From: an uncultured Bacteroidales bacterium
GTDB lineage: Bacteria > Bacteroidota > Bacteroidia > Bacteroidales > UBA10428
DNA: 64,000 nucleotides
Direction of reading: 5' to 3'
Assembly: GCA_963705125.1 (NCBI GenBank)
Contig: CAVPIY010000011.1
Coordinates: 222,953-286,952 of the forward strand
The notes beneath the pieces were generated by a model. It ran no database searches. It was given only the letters and a program-made list of their open reading frames with translations, and had not been told where the DNA came from. How positions within the stretch are numbered: position 1 is the stretch's first letter; the number at the start of each line of letters is the position of its first letter. Below, in pieces: positions 9,113 to 18,018 of the stretch. Made by a program: the position numbers and the translations under genes.

Positions 9113-9226
9113 ACAGGGTATTATTCATTCATAATTCATAATTCATGACAACGGATTCCGGAAGTATGTATATTTACCTCCCATATTTCACAATTTTAAT
9201 ATTCCGATTCAACAATTTTTTAAACC

Positions 9227-10516
9227 ATGAAAAACCTCCTCATCGTCCTGTTCCTGTCACTGACCCTGGTCACAGGTGCCCAGACCAGATCGGTTAAAAA
9301 GTCACCAGCTCTTTCAGAAGCCACACCTGAAAGTGTCGGCATGTCCCCGGAGCGTCTGGCCAGAATTGATAACATGCTCAAGGAAGCGGTTTCCGGCGGC
9401 CAGATACCCGGAGTCGCTGCACTAATTGTCCGGGATGGAAAAATTGTTTATTATAAAGCATTTGGCATGGCTGATAATCAGACTGGAAGATCACTTAAGC
9501 GGGATGATATATTCAGGATTGCATCCCAATCCAAAGCCATTACTTCCACAGCCGTGATGATGCTCTGGGAAGAAGGCAAATTCCGGCTCGACGACCCGGT
9601 TTCCAAATATATCCCGGAATTTAAGGATCCCCAGGTATTAAAATCCTTTACCTATGCCGACACAGGCTTTACCACCGTGCCTGCAAGCCAGGACATTACC
9701 ATCAGGCATTTGCTTACCCATACTTCGGGTATCGGATACGGTGTGATCGATGGGGACGAACGATTTAAAATGATTTATCAGAAAGCCGGAATAACCGATC
9801 TGTACACAACTGAAAATATCAGCATCGGGGAAAGCGTCAGAAAGCTTGCCCGGCTTCCCCTGCATCACAATCCGGGAGAAAAATACACGTATAGCGAAGG
9901 ACTTGATGTTCTGGGATACTTTATTGAAGTGGTTTCAGGAATGCCATTTGATGAATTCTTACGGAAACGCCTGTTTGAACCACTCGGCATGAGCGACACC
10001 TGGTTTTATCTGCCCGCAGAAAAAGCCAGCCGCCTTGTTTCTGTGCAGCAACCAGACAACGGGAAATGGACCCGCTATCCGGTTACCTTCTATGATCCCG
10101 ACTATCCCATAAAGGGGGCAAAAAAGTTCTTTTCAGGAGGAGCAGGCCTTTCAAGCACGGCCAGGGATTACGCCACTTTCCTCCAGATGTACCTGAATGG
10201 CGGCGAACTGAATGGGGTCCGGATATTAAGCCGGACAACAGTCCAATCCATGATGGGCAATCAAACCGGAAACCTGTGGGGACTTCCGGATCAATACTAC
10301 GGACTGGCATTTGGTATGAATACCCTCCAGGGCCAGGATAAGGGAGGCCAGGGAAGCACAGGTACATTCAGCTGGGGCGGGTATTTTAATACATCGTATT
10401 TTGCTGATCCTGCTGAAAAAGTCATTGGCGTGATCATGAAACAGACCCAGGGTGACGTTAATGATGAAACAGGCTGGAAATTCCGGTTGCTTGTCGGACA
10501 GGCCGTGGATGACTGA
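9227..10516 (+). CDS. secreted serine hydrolase of the beta-lactamase/DD-peptidase (class C-like) family
   Basis: 429-aa ORF with a signal peptide. S-x-x-K motif in 'FRIASQSKAITS'. Length and layout typical of the family. Confidence 0.7.
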   Translation: MKNLLIVLFLSLTLVTGAQTRSVKKSPALSEATPESVGMSPERLARIDNMLKEAVSGGQIPGVAALIVRDGKIVYYKAFGMADNQTGRSLKRDDIFRIASQSKAITSTAVMMLWEEGKFRLDDPVSKYIPEFKDPQVLKSFTYADTGFTTVPASQDITIRHLLTHTSGIGYGVIDGDERFKMIYQKAGITDLYTTENISIGESVRKLARLPLHHNPGEKYTYSEGLDVLGYFIEVVSGMPFDEFLRKRLFEPLGMSDTWFYLPAEKASRLVSVQQPDNGKWTRYPVTFYDPDYPIKGAKKFFSGGAGLSSTARDYATFLQMYLNGGELNGVRILSRTTVQSMMGNQTGNLWGLPDQYYGLAFGMNTLQGQDKGGQGSTGTFSWGGYFNTSYFADPAEKVIGVIMKQTQGDVNDETGWKFRLLVGQAVDD

Positions 10517-10522
10517 GATATT

Positions 10523-10713
10523 AGGCTGTAGGCTGTAGGGTGGAGAACCGTCATTGCGAGTCCCGATGAAATCGGGATGAAGCAATCTGCAACCAGAAAC
10601 AGATTGCTTCGTCACCTTAGCATCCTACAAAGCAGAAGGAATTATCACGTTTCCTCGCAATGACGCTCACACTCACACCCACACTCACACCCACACGCTA
10701 CAGCCTACAGCCT
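10523..10713. repeat. nested palindromic element of the 'CATTGCGAG...GAAGCAATC' family
   Basis: The core (10548-10665) is 'CCGTCATTGCGAG..GAAGCAATCTGC..GCAGATTGCTTC-like..CTCGCAATGACG'. It is enclosed by outer inverted repeats 'AGGCTGTAGGCTGTAGG' (10523-10539) and 'CTACAGCCTACAGCCT' (10698-10713). The core is about 85% identical by eye to 61822-61937. Confidence 0.75.
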
Positions 10714-10777
10714 ATATTTTAATTTAGTCCAAATTATTCCTATATTTGAAACCAATAAAAAACATAACCTGCAAACC

Positions 10778-12250
10778 ATGAAAACAAACCGTCGGAATTT
10801 CTTCAGGATATCCGGAGTTGCCGGAGCCAGCGTACTCTCGGGAAGTTTAACCTCTCTTGCCTGCAAACCTGACAGGACAAAAAGTGATTTGGATGATCCG
10901 ATTTTGATGGCTGCTGATAAGATGCACACTCAGCTTTTCAACATGAGTGGCTATGCGGCTCCAAAGATAGATACCGTACGTGTGGGTTTTATCGGACTGG
11001 GTCAGCGCGGACCGGGTGCGGTTGAAAGAATTGCCAATATTGAAGGTGTGGAGATCAAAGCGCTTTGTGATAAATTGTCGGACCGGGTGGATAAGGCACA
11101 ACAGATTCTGGCCAGCTATGGATTACCTGCAGCCAAAGCATACGGTGGCAATGAAGAAGCATGGAAAGAGCTGTGCCAAAGTAATGATATCGACCTGGTA
11201 TATATCTGTACACCCTGGAAACTGCATACACCCATGGCAGTATTTGCCATGGAGAACGGCAAGCATGCTGTATCGGAGGTTCCTGCCGCAACTTCACTTG
11301 ATCAGGCCTGGCAACTGGTTGAAACAGCAGAAAAAACAAAAAAGCATTTTATGATGCTGGAAAACTGCTGCTACGACTTCTTTGAACTGCTTACCCTGAA
11401 CATGGCCAGGCAGGGATTCTTCGGAGAGCTTTTGCATGCTGAAGGAGCATACATTCACGACCTGAGAACATTGAATTTTGATAAGAATGGCTATGTTGAT
11501 ATGTGGCGCCTGAAAGAAAACCATACCCGTCATGGCAACCTCTATCCCACCCACGGGCTCGGACCCGTTTGCCAGGCCCTGAATATCAACCGGGGTGACA
11601 GGATGGATTACCTTACATCCGTTTCTACCATCGATTTTCAGATGGCTGCCATGGCAGGGGAACTGGCAAAAAAAGATCCCTTTTATACTGAATTCACAGC
11701 GCCTACGTATCGCGGTAACATGAATACAACCGTTGTCCGCACCGAGAAAGGCAAAACGATCATGATTCAACATGATGTTACTTCTCCCCGCCCCTATTCC
11801 CGTATACACCTGATTAGCGGCACCCAGGGTGTCGCCAGCAAGTGGCCTGAACCCGAGAGAATTGCACTGAGCCACGAATGGTTCAACGAAAAACAGATGG
11901 ATGAGGTCAGGGCAAAGTATACCCCGGAGATCGTAAAACGGGTTGGCGAGATGGCAAAGAAGATTGGCGGACATGGCGGAATGGACTTTATGATGGACTG
12001 GAGGCTCATCGATTGCCTGCGCAACGGATTGCCGCTGGACCAGGATGTCTATGATGCCGCCTTGTGGAGCAGCATCGCCCCTTTAAGTGAATGGTCAGTA
12101 GCCCATCGGTCCAATTCGATAACAGTTCCTGATTTCACCTGCGGAGCCTATAAAACCAACATACCGGTAGATATCAGACTGGCACAAGGCGGGAATACCA
12201 CTGTAAGAGCCAGGGCCAGCAATCCGGGAAACCAGTTGAACGTGCAATGA
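10778..12250 (+). CDS. TAT-exported Gfo/Idh/MocA oxidoreductase, GH109-like
   Basis: 490-aa ORF with twin-arginine signal 'NRRNFFRISGVAGA'. Rossmann segment 'VRVGFIGLGQRG', then 'GKHAVSEVPAA' and 'MMLENCCYD'. The size and these motifs resemble NAD-dependent GH109 glycosidases. Confidence 0.6.
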   Translation: MKTNRRNFFRISGVAGASVLSGSLTSLACKPDRTKSDLDDPILMAADKMHTQLFNMSGYAAPKIDTVRVGFIGLGQRGPGAVERIANIEGVEIKALCDKLSDRVDKAQQILASYGLPAAKAYGGNEEAWKELCQSNDIDLVYICTPWKLHTPMAVFAMENGKHAVSEVPAATSLDQAWQLVETAEKTKKHFMMLENCCYDFFELLTLNMARQGFFGELLHAEGAYIHDLRTLNFDKNGYVDMWRLKENHTRHGNLYPTHGLGPVCQALNINRGDRMDYLTSVSTIDFQMAAMAGELAKKDPFYTEFTAPTYRGNMNTTVVRTEKGKTIMIQHDVTSPRPYSRIHLISGTQGVASKWPEPERIALSHEWFNEKQMDEVRAKYTPEIVKRVGEMAKKIGGHGGMDFMMDWRLIDCLRNGLPLDQDVYDAALWSSIAPLSEWSVAHRSNSITVPDFTCGAYKTNIPVDIRLAQGGNTTVRARASNPGNQLNVQ

Positions 12251-12263
12251 TCGCTTCAGCCAA

Positions 12264-15200
12264 ATGAAGAGACCTCTCCACAGTCTGGTCATTTCCCTTA
12301 TACTGTTGAGTTTCATGTCATGCATGGGTGACAGGGGTAAACTTTTTACCGCCTTGTCTCACCGCAGGACAGGAATTGAGTTCAGAAACTGGATCAGGGA
12401 AAGCGAAACATTCAATATTGTTGATTTTATCTGGCTCTATGACGGAGCCGGAGTGGCTGTGGGAGATATCAACAATGACGGCCTGCCCGATATCTATTTC
12501 TGTGGCAATTTCGCGCCAAGCAAACTGTATCTCAATAAAGGTAATTTCCGGTTTGTGGATATAACTGAAAAAGCCTTTGCGACCGGCGGAGGTACCTGGA
12601 ATACCGGGGTTACTATGGCTGACATCAACGGAGACGGATTTTTGGACATCTATGTCTGCAGTTCGACCGACAGCAGGCCGGAACGCAGGAAGAACCTGTT
12701 ATATATCAACAATGGAGACCTGACATTTTCAGAAAGTGCTGCCAAATATGGCATCGACGATTCTTCCTATTCCATTCACGCTGCTTTTTTTGACTATGAT
12801 AAAGACGGAGACCTGGATCTTTTTTTGCTGAATCATTCGGTTGGCAATTTCGACAGAACAATGACCGAACTAAAAAACGACCGCGATCCGAGCTATGAGG
12901 AACGGCTGTATAAGAATAACGGAGGTGAATTTGTTGATGTTACCAAAGAAGCCGGAATGGTCCAAAAAGTTATGAATTATGGCCTGGGCATTGCTGTCGC
13001 AGATTTTAATAATGACAACTGGCCCGATATTTATATTTGCAATGATTTTTTCGAACTGGATCATCTGTATATCAACCAGAAGAACGGTACCTTTTCTGAA
13101 CAGCTCGAAAAGTATTTCGATCATGTTTCATTCGCTTCAATGGGCAATGATGCGGCAGATATTAATAATGACGGATATATTGATCTGGTTACCCTGGACA
13201 TGTACCCCGAGGATAGCTATGGACAAAAACTGGTGGCCGGACCTGATATTCCCGGCAACTACAGTAAACTCAAAAAAACTACATTTTATCATCAGACGAC
13301 TCGTAATATGCTTCATCTGAACAATCATGGGAGTTATTTTAGTGAGATCGGACAATATGCAGGAATTTTCAGTACCGACTGGAGCTGGTCTCCCCTCCTG
13401 TGCGATTTTGATAATGACGGGAACAAGGATCTTTATGTCAGCAATGGGATGGGGAAAAATAATACAAATATGGATTTTATTGATCTCACCATGGAGCTGG
13501 TAAGAAGGAAACAATCCGGTAAAGACATTATGAACAAAATGGAAATTATTGAAAAAATACCGGTTACCAGGTTGAAAAATTACCTGTTTCGAAACAATGG
13601 AGACCTTACCTTCACCAATGTTACGGATTCGTGGGGGGACGAAGAGCCCTCATTATCAAGCGGAGCTGCCTATGCAGATCTGGATAATGACGGGGATATG
13701 GACCTGGTGGTAAGTACGATCAATGATTATCCCTTACTGTACCGGAATAACGCAAATAAACGCAACGCAAATCACTTCTTAAAAATCAAATTCAACGGGA
13801 TTGGTCTGAATACGGGTGGAATTGGAGCCAAAGTGGAAATTACATGCAAGGATCTGACCTATACCCAGGAATTCATGCCCTCACGGGGTTACATGTCATC
13901 CATGAACCATGAGCTGATTTTCGGTGTGGGCAAGGCAACGATCATAGACTCGCTGAAGATCACCTGGCCTGATATGCGCGAACAGGTGTTAACTGCTGTG
14001 GGGGTTGATCAGACAATCATTCTTCACAATAGAGATGCCATAAATGCCGCTCCGAAAACTGCGCCTGGATATCAACCGGTTTTTGTACCTCTGAATAATA
14101 AGTCTCTTGTCTTTAAGCATGCTGAAAATGAATATGTCGATTTCACGAAACAGATTCTGTTACCCCACTTGCTATCCACCCAGGGTCCGCGCATAGCGAC
14201 GGGTGATGTAAATAATGACGGCCTGGAGGATCTGTTTATCGGTGGTGCCAAAGACAGTGCGGGTGAACTTTTTATTCAGAAAAGGAACGGATCCTTCCAA
14301 CTGCAGGTGCAATCCTGTTTTGAAAAGGACAAAGAATGTGAGGATATCGGGGCCTTGTTTTTTGATGCTGACGGAGATAAAGATCTTGATTTATATGTAG
14401 TAAGCGGGGGAAACGAATGGAATGAAAAATCACCGGAATTACAGGATCGCCTTTACCTGAATGAAGGAAAGGGTAGTTTCAGCAAGTCGGCGGATCATAT
14501 TCCGGTTATGCTGACCAGCGGTTCATGCGTGAAAGCCGGGGACATGGATAATGATGGCGATGCAGATCTTTTTGTCGGTGGCAGACTAGTCTCGGGCTCT
14601 TATCCGCTTGCCCCGAGAAGCTACATCCTGGAAAACAATGGCCAGGGATATTTTAAAGATATCACTGAAATGTATAATAAGTCCCTGTTGAATCCCGGTA
14701 TGGTTACCGATGCGGTATGGACTGATTTCGACAGAGATGACCGCCTGGATCTTATCATTGTGGGTGAATGGATGGGAATCCGCGTTTTTCAGCATGAAGG
14801 CAAACAACTCACTGAAATCACAGATCAGTGCGGCCTTAAAGATTCAGAAGGCTGGTGGAACACAATCATGGCCGAAGATTTTGACCGTGATGGAGATATG
14901 GATTATGTTATCGGCAATCTGGGCCTTAACTCCCAGATAAAAGCTTCTGTCACCGAACCGGCCAGCATGTATGCCAAAGACTTTGACAATAACGGTTCAA
15001 TCGATGCCATCATGTGTTATTATAATCAGGGTAGAAGTTATCCTTTTTATGCTAAGGATGACATGCAGAACCAGTTGCCCTTTATCAAAAAGAAATACCC
15101 GTCTTACAAATCCTATGCCAGTCAGACAATCCATGATATTTTCCCGGCAGAAGAGCTTAAGGACGCATTACAACTGAAGGCCTGTGTCTTTGCAAGCTGC

Positions 15201-15566
15201 TACCTGGAAAACAAGGGGAATAACCAGTTCTCCCTTTCTCCACTCCCCCCAGCCGCCCAACTCTCCCCAATCTATGCAATACAGACCGGGGATTATAATG
15301 AGGATGGCGATCCCGATATGATCCTGGCAGGAAATTTCTTTGGTACCCGGATCAAATTCGGAGAATATGATGCAAACAAAGGACTGTTGCTAGCCGGAAA
15401 CGGGAAAGGAAGTTTTACGGCACTCAGCGATCTTCAGAGTGGTTTCCAGTTCAGGGGTGAAGTACGGGATATGGCTGATGTCAGACTGGACTCCGGAAAA
15501 AAAATACTGATCTTTGCCCTGAATAATGATTCTGTAAGATTATACCAAAGCACCGGCCATGAATAA
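12264..15566 (+). CDS. FG-GAP/VCBS-repeat lipoprotein with ASPIC/UnbV domain (CRTAC1-like)
   Basis: 1100-aa ORF with lipobox 'SFMSC'. Many D-x-N-x-D-G-x-x-D repeats ('GDINNDGLPDIYF', 'ADINGDGFLDIYV', 'DLDNDGDMDLVV'). The central 'IGAKVEITCKDLTYTQEFMPSRGYMSSMNHELIFGVG' is ASPIC/UnbV-like. Confidence 0.75.
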   Translation: MKRPLHSLVISLILLSFMSCMGDRGKLFTALSHRRTGIEFRNWIRESETFNIVDFIWLYDGAGVAVGDINNDGLPDIYFCGNFAPSKLYLNKGNFRFVDITEKAFATGGGTWNTGVTMADINGDGFLDIYVCSSTDSRPERRKNLLYINNGDLTFSESAAKYGIDDSSYSIHAAFFDYDKDGDLDLFLLNHSVGNFDRTMTELKNDRDPSYEERLYKNNGGEFVDVTKEAGMVQKVMNYGLGIAVADFNNDNWPDIYICNDFFELDHLYINQKNGTFSEQLEKYFDHVSFASMGNDAADINNDGYIDLVTLDMYPEDSYGQKLVAGPDIPGNYSKLKKTTFYHQTTRNMLHLNNHGSYFSEIGQYAGIFSTDWSWSPLLCDFDNDGNKDLYVSNGMGKNNTNMDFIDLTMELVRRKQSGKDIMNKMEIIEKIPVTRLKNYLFRNNGDLTFTNVTDSWGDEEPSLSSGAAYADLDNDGDMDLVVSTINDYPLLYRNNANKRNANHFLKIKFNGIGLNTGGIGAKVEITCKDLTYTQEFMPSRGYMSSMNHELIFGVGKATIIDSLKITWPDMREQVLTAVGVDQTIILHNRDAINAAPKTAPGYQPVFVPLNNKSLVFKHAENEYVDFTKQILLPHLLSTQGPRIATGDVNNDGLEDLFIGGAKDSAGELFIQKRNGSFQLQVQSCFEKDKECEDIGALFFDADGDKDLDLYVVSGGNEWNEKSPELQDRLYLNEGKGSFSKSADHIPVMLTSGSCVKAGDMDNDGDADLFVGGRLVSGSYPLAPRSYILENNGQGYFKDITEMYNKSLLNPGMVTDAVWTDFDRDDRLDLIIVGEWMGIRVFQHEGKQLTEITDQCGLKDSEGWWNTIMAEDFDRDGDMDYVIGNLGLNSQIKASVTEPASMYAKDFDNNGSIDAIMCYYNQGRSYPFYAKDDMQNQLPFIKKKYPSYKSYASQTIHDIFPAEELKDALQLKACVFASCYLENKGNNQFSLSPLPPAAQLSPIYAIQTGDYNEDGDPDMILAGNFFGTRIKFGEYDANKGLLLAGNGKGSFTALSDLQSGFQFRGEVRDMADVRLDSGKKILIFALNNDSVRLYQSTGHE

Positions 15567-16791
15567 ACTTTTGTATTTATCCCTGCTTGTAATCGGTATC
15601 ATAGCCAATAGTGAAGTCGTGGGTCAAGGGCCTGTGATAACCAGAAAGAACCTGGCCTTTATTACCTATCCTGATTTTCCCGATGCACACTCATCCTGGG
15701 GAAGCATCGGTTATAATGTGAAATTTAATACAGTCTTTATTGGGGTGACGAATCATCATGATAAGGTAGGTTTTTATGAGTATAATCCTGCCCAACAGGA
15801 AATGAAGTTGCAAGGCTTCATTCATAATCTGGGTTATTTACGGCCTTTTCAATGGCAGGCGAAAATCCACTCAAAAATTGTTTTCGGGTCCGATGGGACT
15901 GTCTATTTCACAACGGATGGGGGAGAATCCCGTGAAGAATATCTGATGGATCATCCGCAAGGTTATGTGGGCGGATATTTTATGAAATGGGATCCTGCCA
16001 CCGGTCAGATGACCAACCTGGGCATGGCCATGCCCTATGAAAGTTTGAAGGACATTGATATTGACCCGGTGACAAACATGCTGTATGCTATTACATATCC
16101 CCAGGCTCATTTTATACTGTATGACCCGGATAAAAACGAGCTACAGGATCTGGGCCGGTTAGCCAGCTCCCATGTGCCGCGTGTACTCTTCACAGATTGG
16201 TGGGGAAACTGCTACTATGTGGATTGGCGTCAGCGTTTGGTAAAATATGAAAAGAACAAAGGAAGTCTGGTATTTGCAGAAAACAGCCTGCCTGCTTTTG
16301 AAGGCACTCCAGGAAGTAAAATAATTACCGGTATCACAGCATTTGCCCGGGATGAAAAAAACGGTATTATTTATCTGATCACGTATGGGGCAAAAATCAT
16401 TGCCTTTCATCCGCAAATGGAAGGAATCGGTTCCGTTGAGGACCTGGGTGGTGTGGCTGATACAGGAGATCAACCGGCGTGGGGGCCCTATGTCCCGAAT
16501 TTAAATCTGGGGAATAACGGCAACTTATATTATATCGTAGGCGGTCATGGAAATTACTTAAAAAAAGATACGGGGGTTTTAATGGAATTCAATCCAAAAA
16601 CACACCGCCGTAAAATCATATTTGAATTTTCATCTGATGAACTGGCAGAAGCAACAGGATCTGATATCAGAGATCAGGATGGCAATCTGTATTTTACCGG
16701 TCGTGGAGCAAGCAAGGAAGAGGGTAAAAATGCGCTTTCTTCCACCGTATTCATGATCAAGTTTAACCCCTTAAAAGAGGTCAACAAATGA
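15559..16791 (+). CDS. hypothetical secreted protein (beta-propeller-like repeats)
   Basis: 410-aa ORF with a signal peptide. Its start overlaps the upstream stop by 8 nt. Recurrent 'G.LYF/LYA..' blade-like segments. Distantly similar to the next ORF. Confidence 0.5.
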   Translation: MNKLLYLSLLVIGIIANSEVVGQGPVITRKNLAFITYPDFPDAHSSWGSIGYNVKFNTVFIGVTNHHDKVGFYEYNPAQQEMKLQGFIHNLGYLRPFQWQAKIHSKIVFGSDGTVYFTTDGGESREEYLMDHPQGYVGGYFMKWDPATGQMTNLGMAMPYESLKDIDIDPVTNMLYAITYPQAHFILYDPDKNELQDLGRLASSHVPRVLFTDWWGNCYYVDWRQRLVKYEKNKGSLVFAENSLPAFEGTPGSKIITGITAFARDEKNGIIYLITYGAKIIAFHPQMEGIGSVEDLGGVADTGDQPAWGPYVPNLNLGNNGNLYYIVGGHGNYLKKDTGVLMEFNPKTHRRKIIFEFSSDELAEATGSDIRDQDGNLYFTGRGASKEEGKNALSSTVFMIKFNPLKEVNK

Positions 16792-18014
16792 AAACCTTCA
16801 TGAAGCTGTTTTTTTTCATATTGCTGATCAGGCAAACTGCTGTCAACCTGGAGGCACAATATGCGTTCTTTAGCCCCAGAGATAACTTTGCCATTGAAGT
16901 TTCCTTACCCAATACCAGTCTGAAAAGATTGCCCATCTACCGGAATTCAATTTCCTCCCTGATTGTAATCGGGGACCATATAATAGGGGGTACTTCAGCC
17001 AGGGAAGGACTGACCCCTTTTATTTTTACAGCCTCCCTGAAGCACCATCAGGTATTGGAAACCAGTGACATGAATGAAATCATCCCGGGACAACGGGCTA
17101 TCCTATCGGGATTTTGCCGGGGCAAAAACAATACTTTATTTGCCGGTACATTGTCAAATAAGGCAAAAGATGGTTCGGTGGGCAATGGACATCTTTTCAA
17201 GGTAGATATCGGACAGGAAGGTACCATTCATGTCACAGATCTCGGAATCATCATACCCGGAGAAGGTATATTTACACTCACCATAGATACTGAAAAAGAG
17301 ACGTTGTATGGGGTGAGCTATCCATCTGGAATATTTTTTACATACAAGATTGAAAAGAAAGAAATTAAGACTTTTAACAATATTTCACCGACCAGTCAGC
17401 ATATTGAAACTTTCAAAGAATATGAACTTGGACCTCAGAATTATCTGTGCAAAAGCCTTATAGAGGCAAATGGGCTCGTATATGGCAGTATGCCTGTAAA
17501 CAGAATATTTTATTTTGATTCAAAAAACGATAGTTTTCATGTGGTGAATGATATACCGGAAGTATGGGGCAGACGCACGCTGGGTCAGGTGGAATGCTGG
17601 GCACGATCTGCAGCGGGGAAGATCTATGGCGGAAATGCCGGAGATGGGCAACTCTTTGAAATCGATCTGGTGACCAAAAAAGTGAAGAATCTGGGAAAAC
17701 CAATCGGAATGAACCGGTTAAGAGGCTTGAGCTTTGGTCATGATGGCAAACTATATGGCATTGCAGGCAGCCAGCCCGGCTATTCACATCTGTTTAGCTA
17801 TGATGACCAGGAAGGATTTACCGATCTGGGAAATCCTGAATTTGTCATGGTAGCACCCGGAATTGAGCAGGGTATTCTCTGGCGGGGTTTCCAACTGGGA
17901 ACACTCACTTCTTCAGAAGATGGTAAATATATTATAATGGGGGAAGATGAGGCTCTCAGTCAGTTATTGATATTTGCCATTGAGGATACATATGAGCAAA
18001 GAATAGGCGAGTAA
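16788..18014 (+). CDS. hypothetical secreted protein (beta-propeller-like repeats)
   Basis: 408-aa ORF with a signal peptide. ATGA start/stop overlap with the upstream ORF at 16788-16791. Segments such as 'LYGVSYPSGIFFTY' and 'GKIYGGNAGDGQLFEIDL' parallel the upstream ORF. Confidence 0.5.
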   Translation: MKTFMKLFFFILLIRQTAVNLEAQYAFFSPRDNFAIEVSLPNTSLKRLPIYRNSISSLIVIGDHIIGGTSAREGLTPFIFTASLKHHQVLETSDMNEIIPGQRAILSGFCRGKNNTLFAGTLSNKAKDGSVGNGHLFKVDIGQEGTIHVTDLGIIIPGEGIFTLTIDTEKETLYGVSYPSGIFFTYKIEKKEIKTFNNISPTSQHIETFKEYELGPQNYLCKSLIEANGLVYGSMPVNRIFYFDSKNDSFHVVNDIPEVWGRRTLGQVECWARSAAGKIYGGNAGDGQLFEIDLVTKKVKNLGKPIGMNRLRGLSFGHDGKLYGIAGSQPGYSHLFSYDDQEGFTDLGNPEFVMVAPGIEQGILWRGFQLGTLTSSEDGKYIIMGEDEALSQLLIFAIEDTYEQRIGE

Positions 18015-18018
18015 ATTC

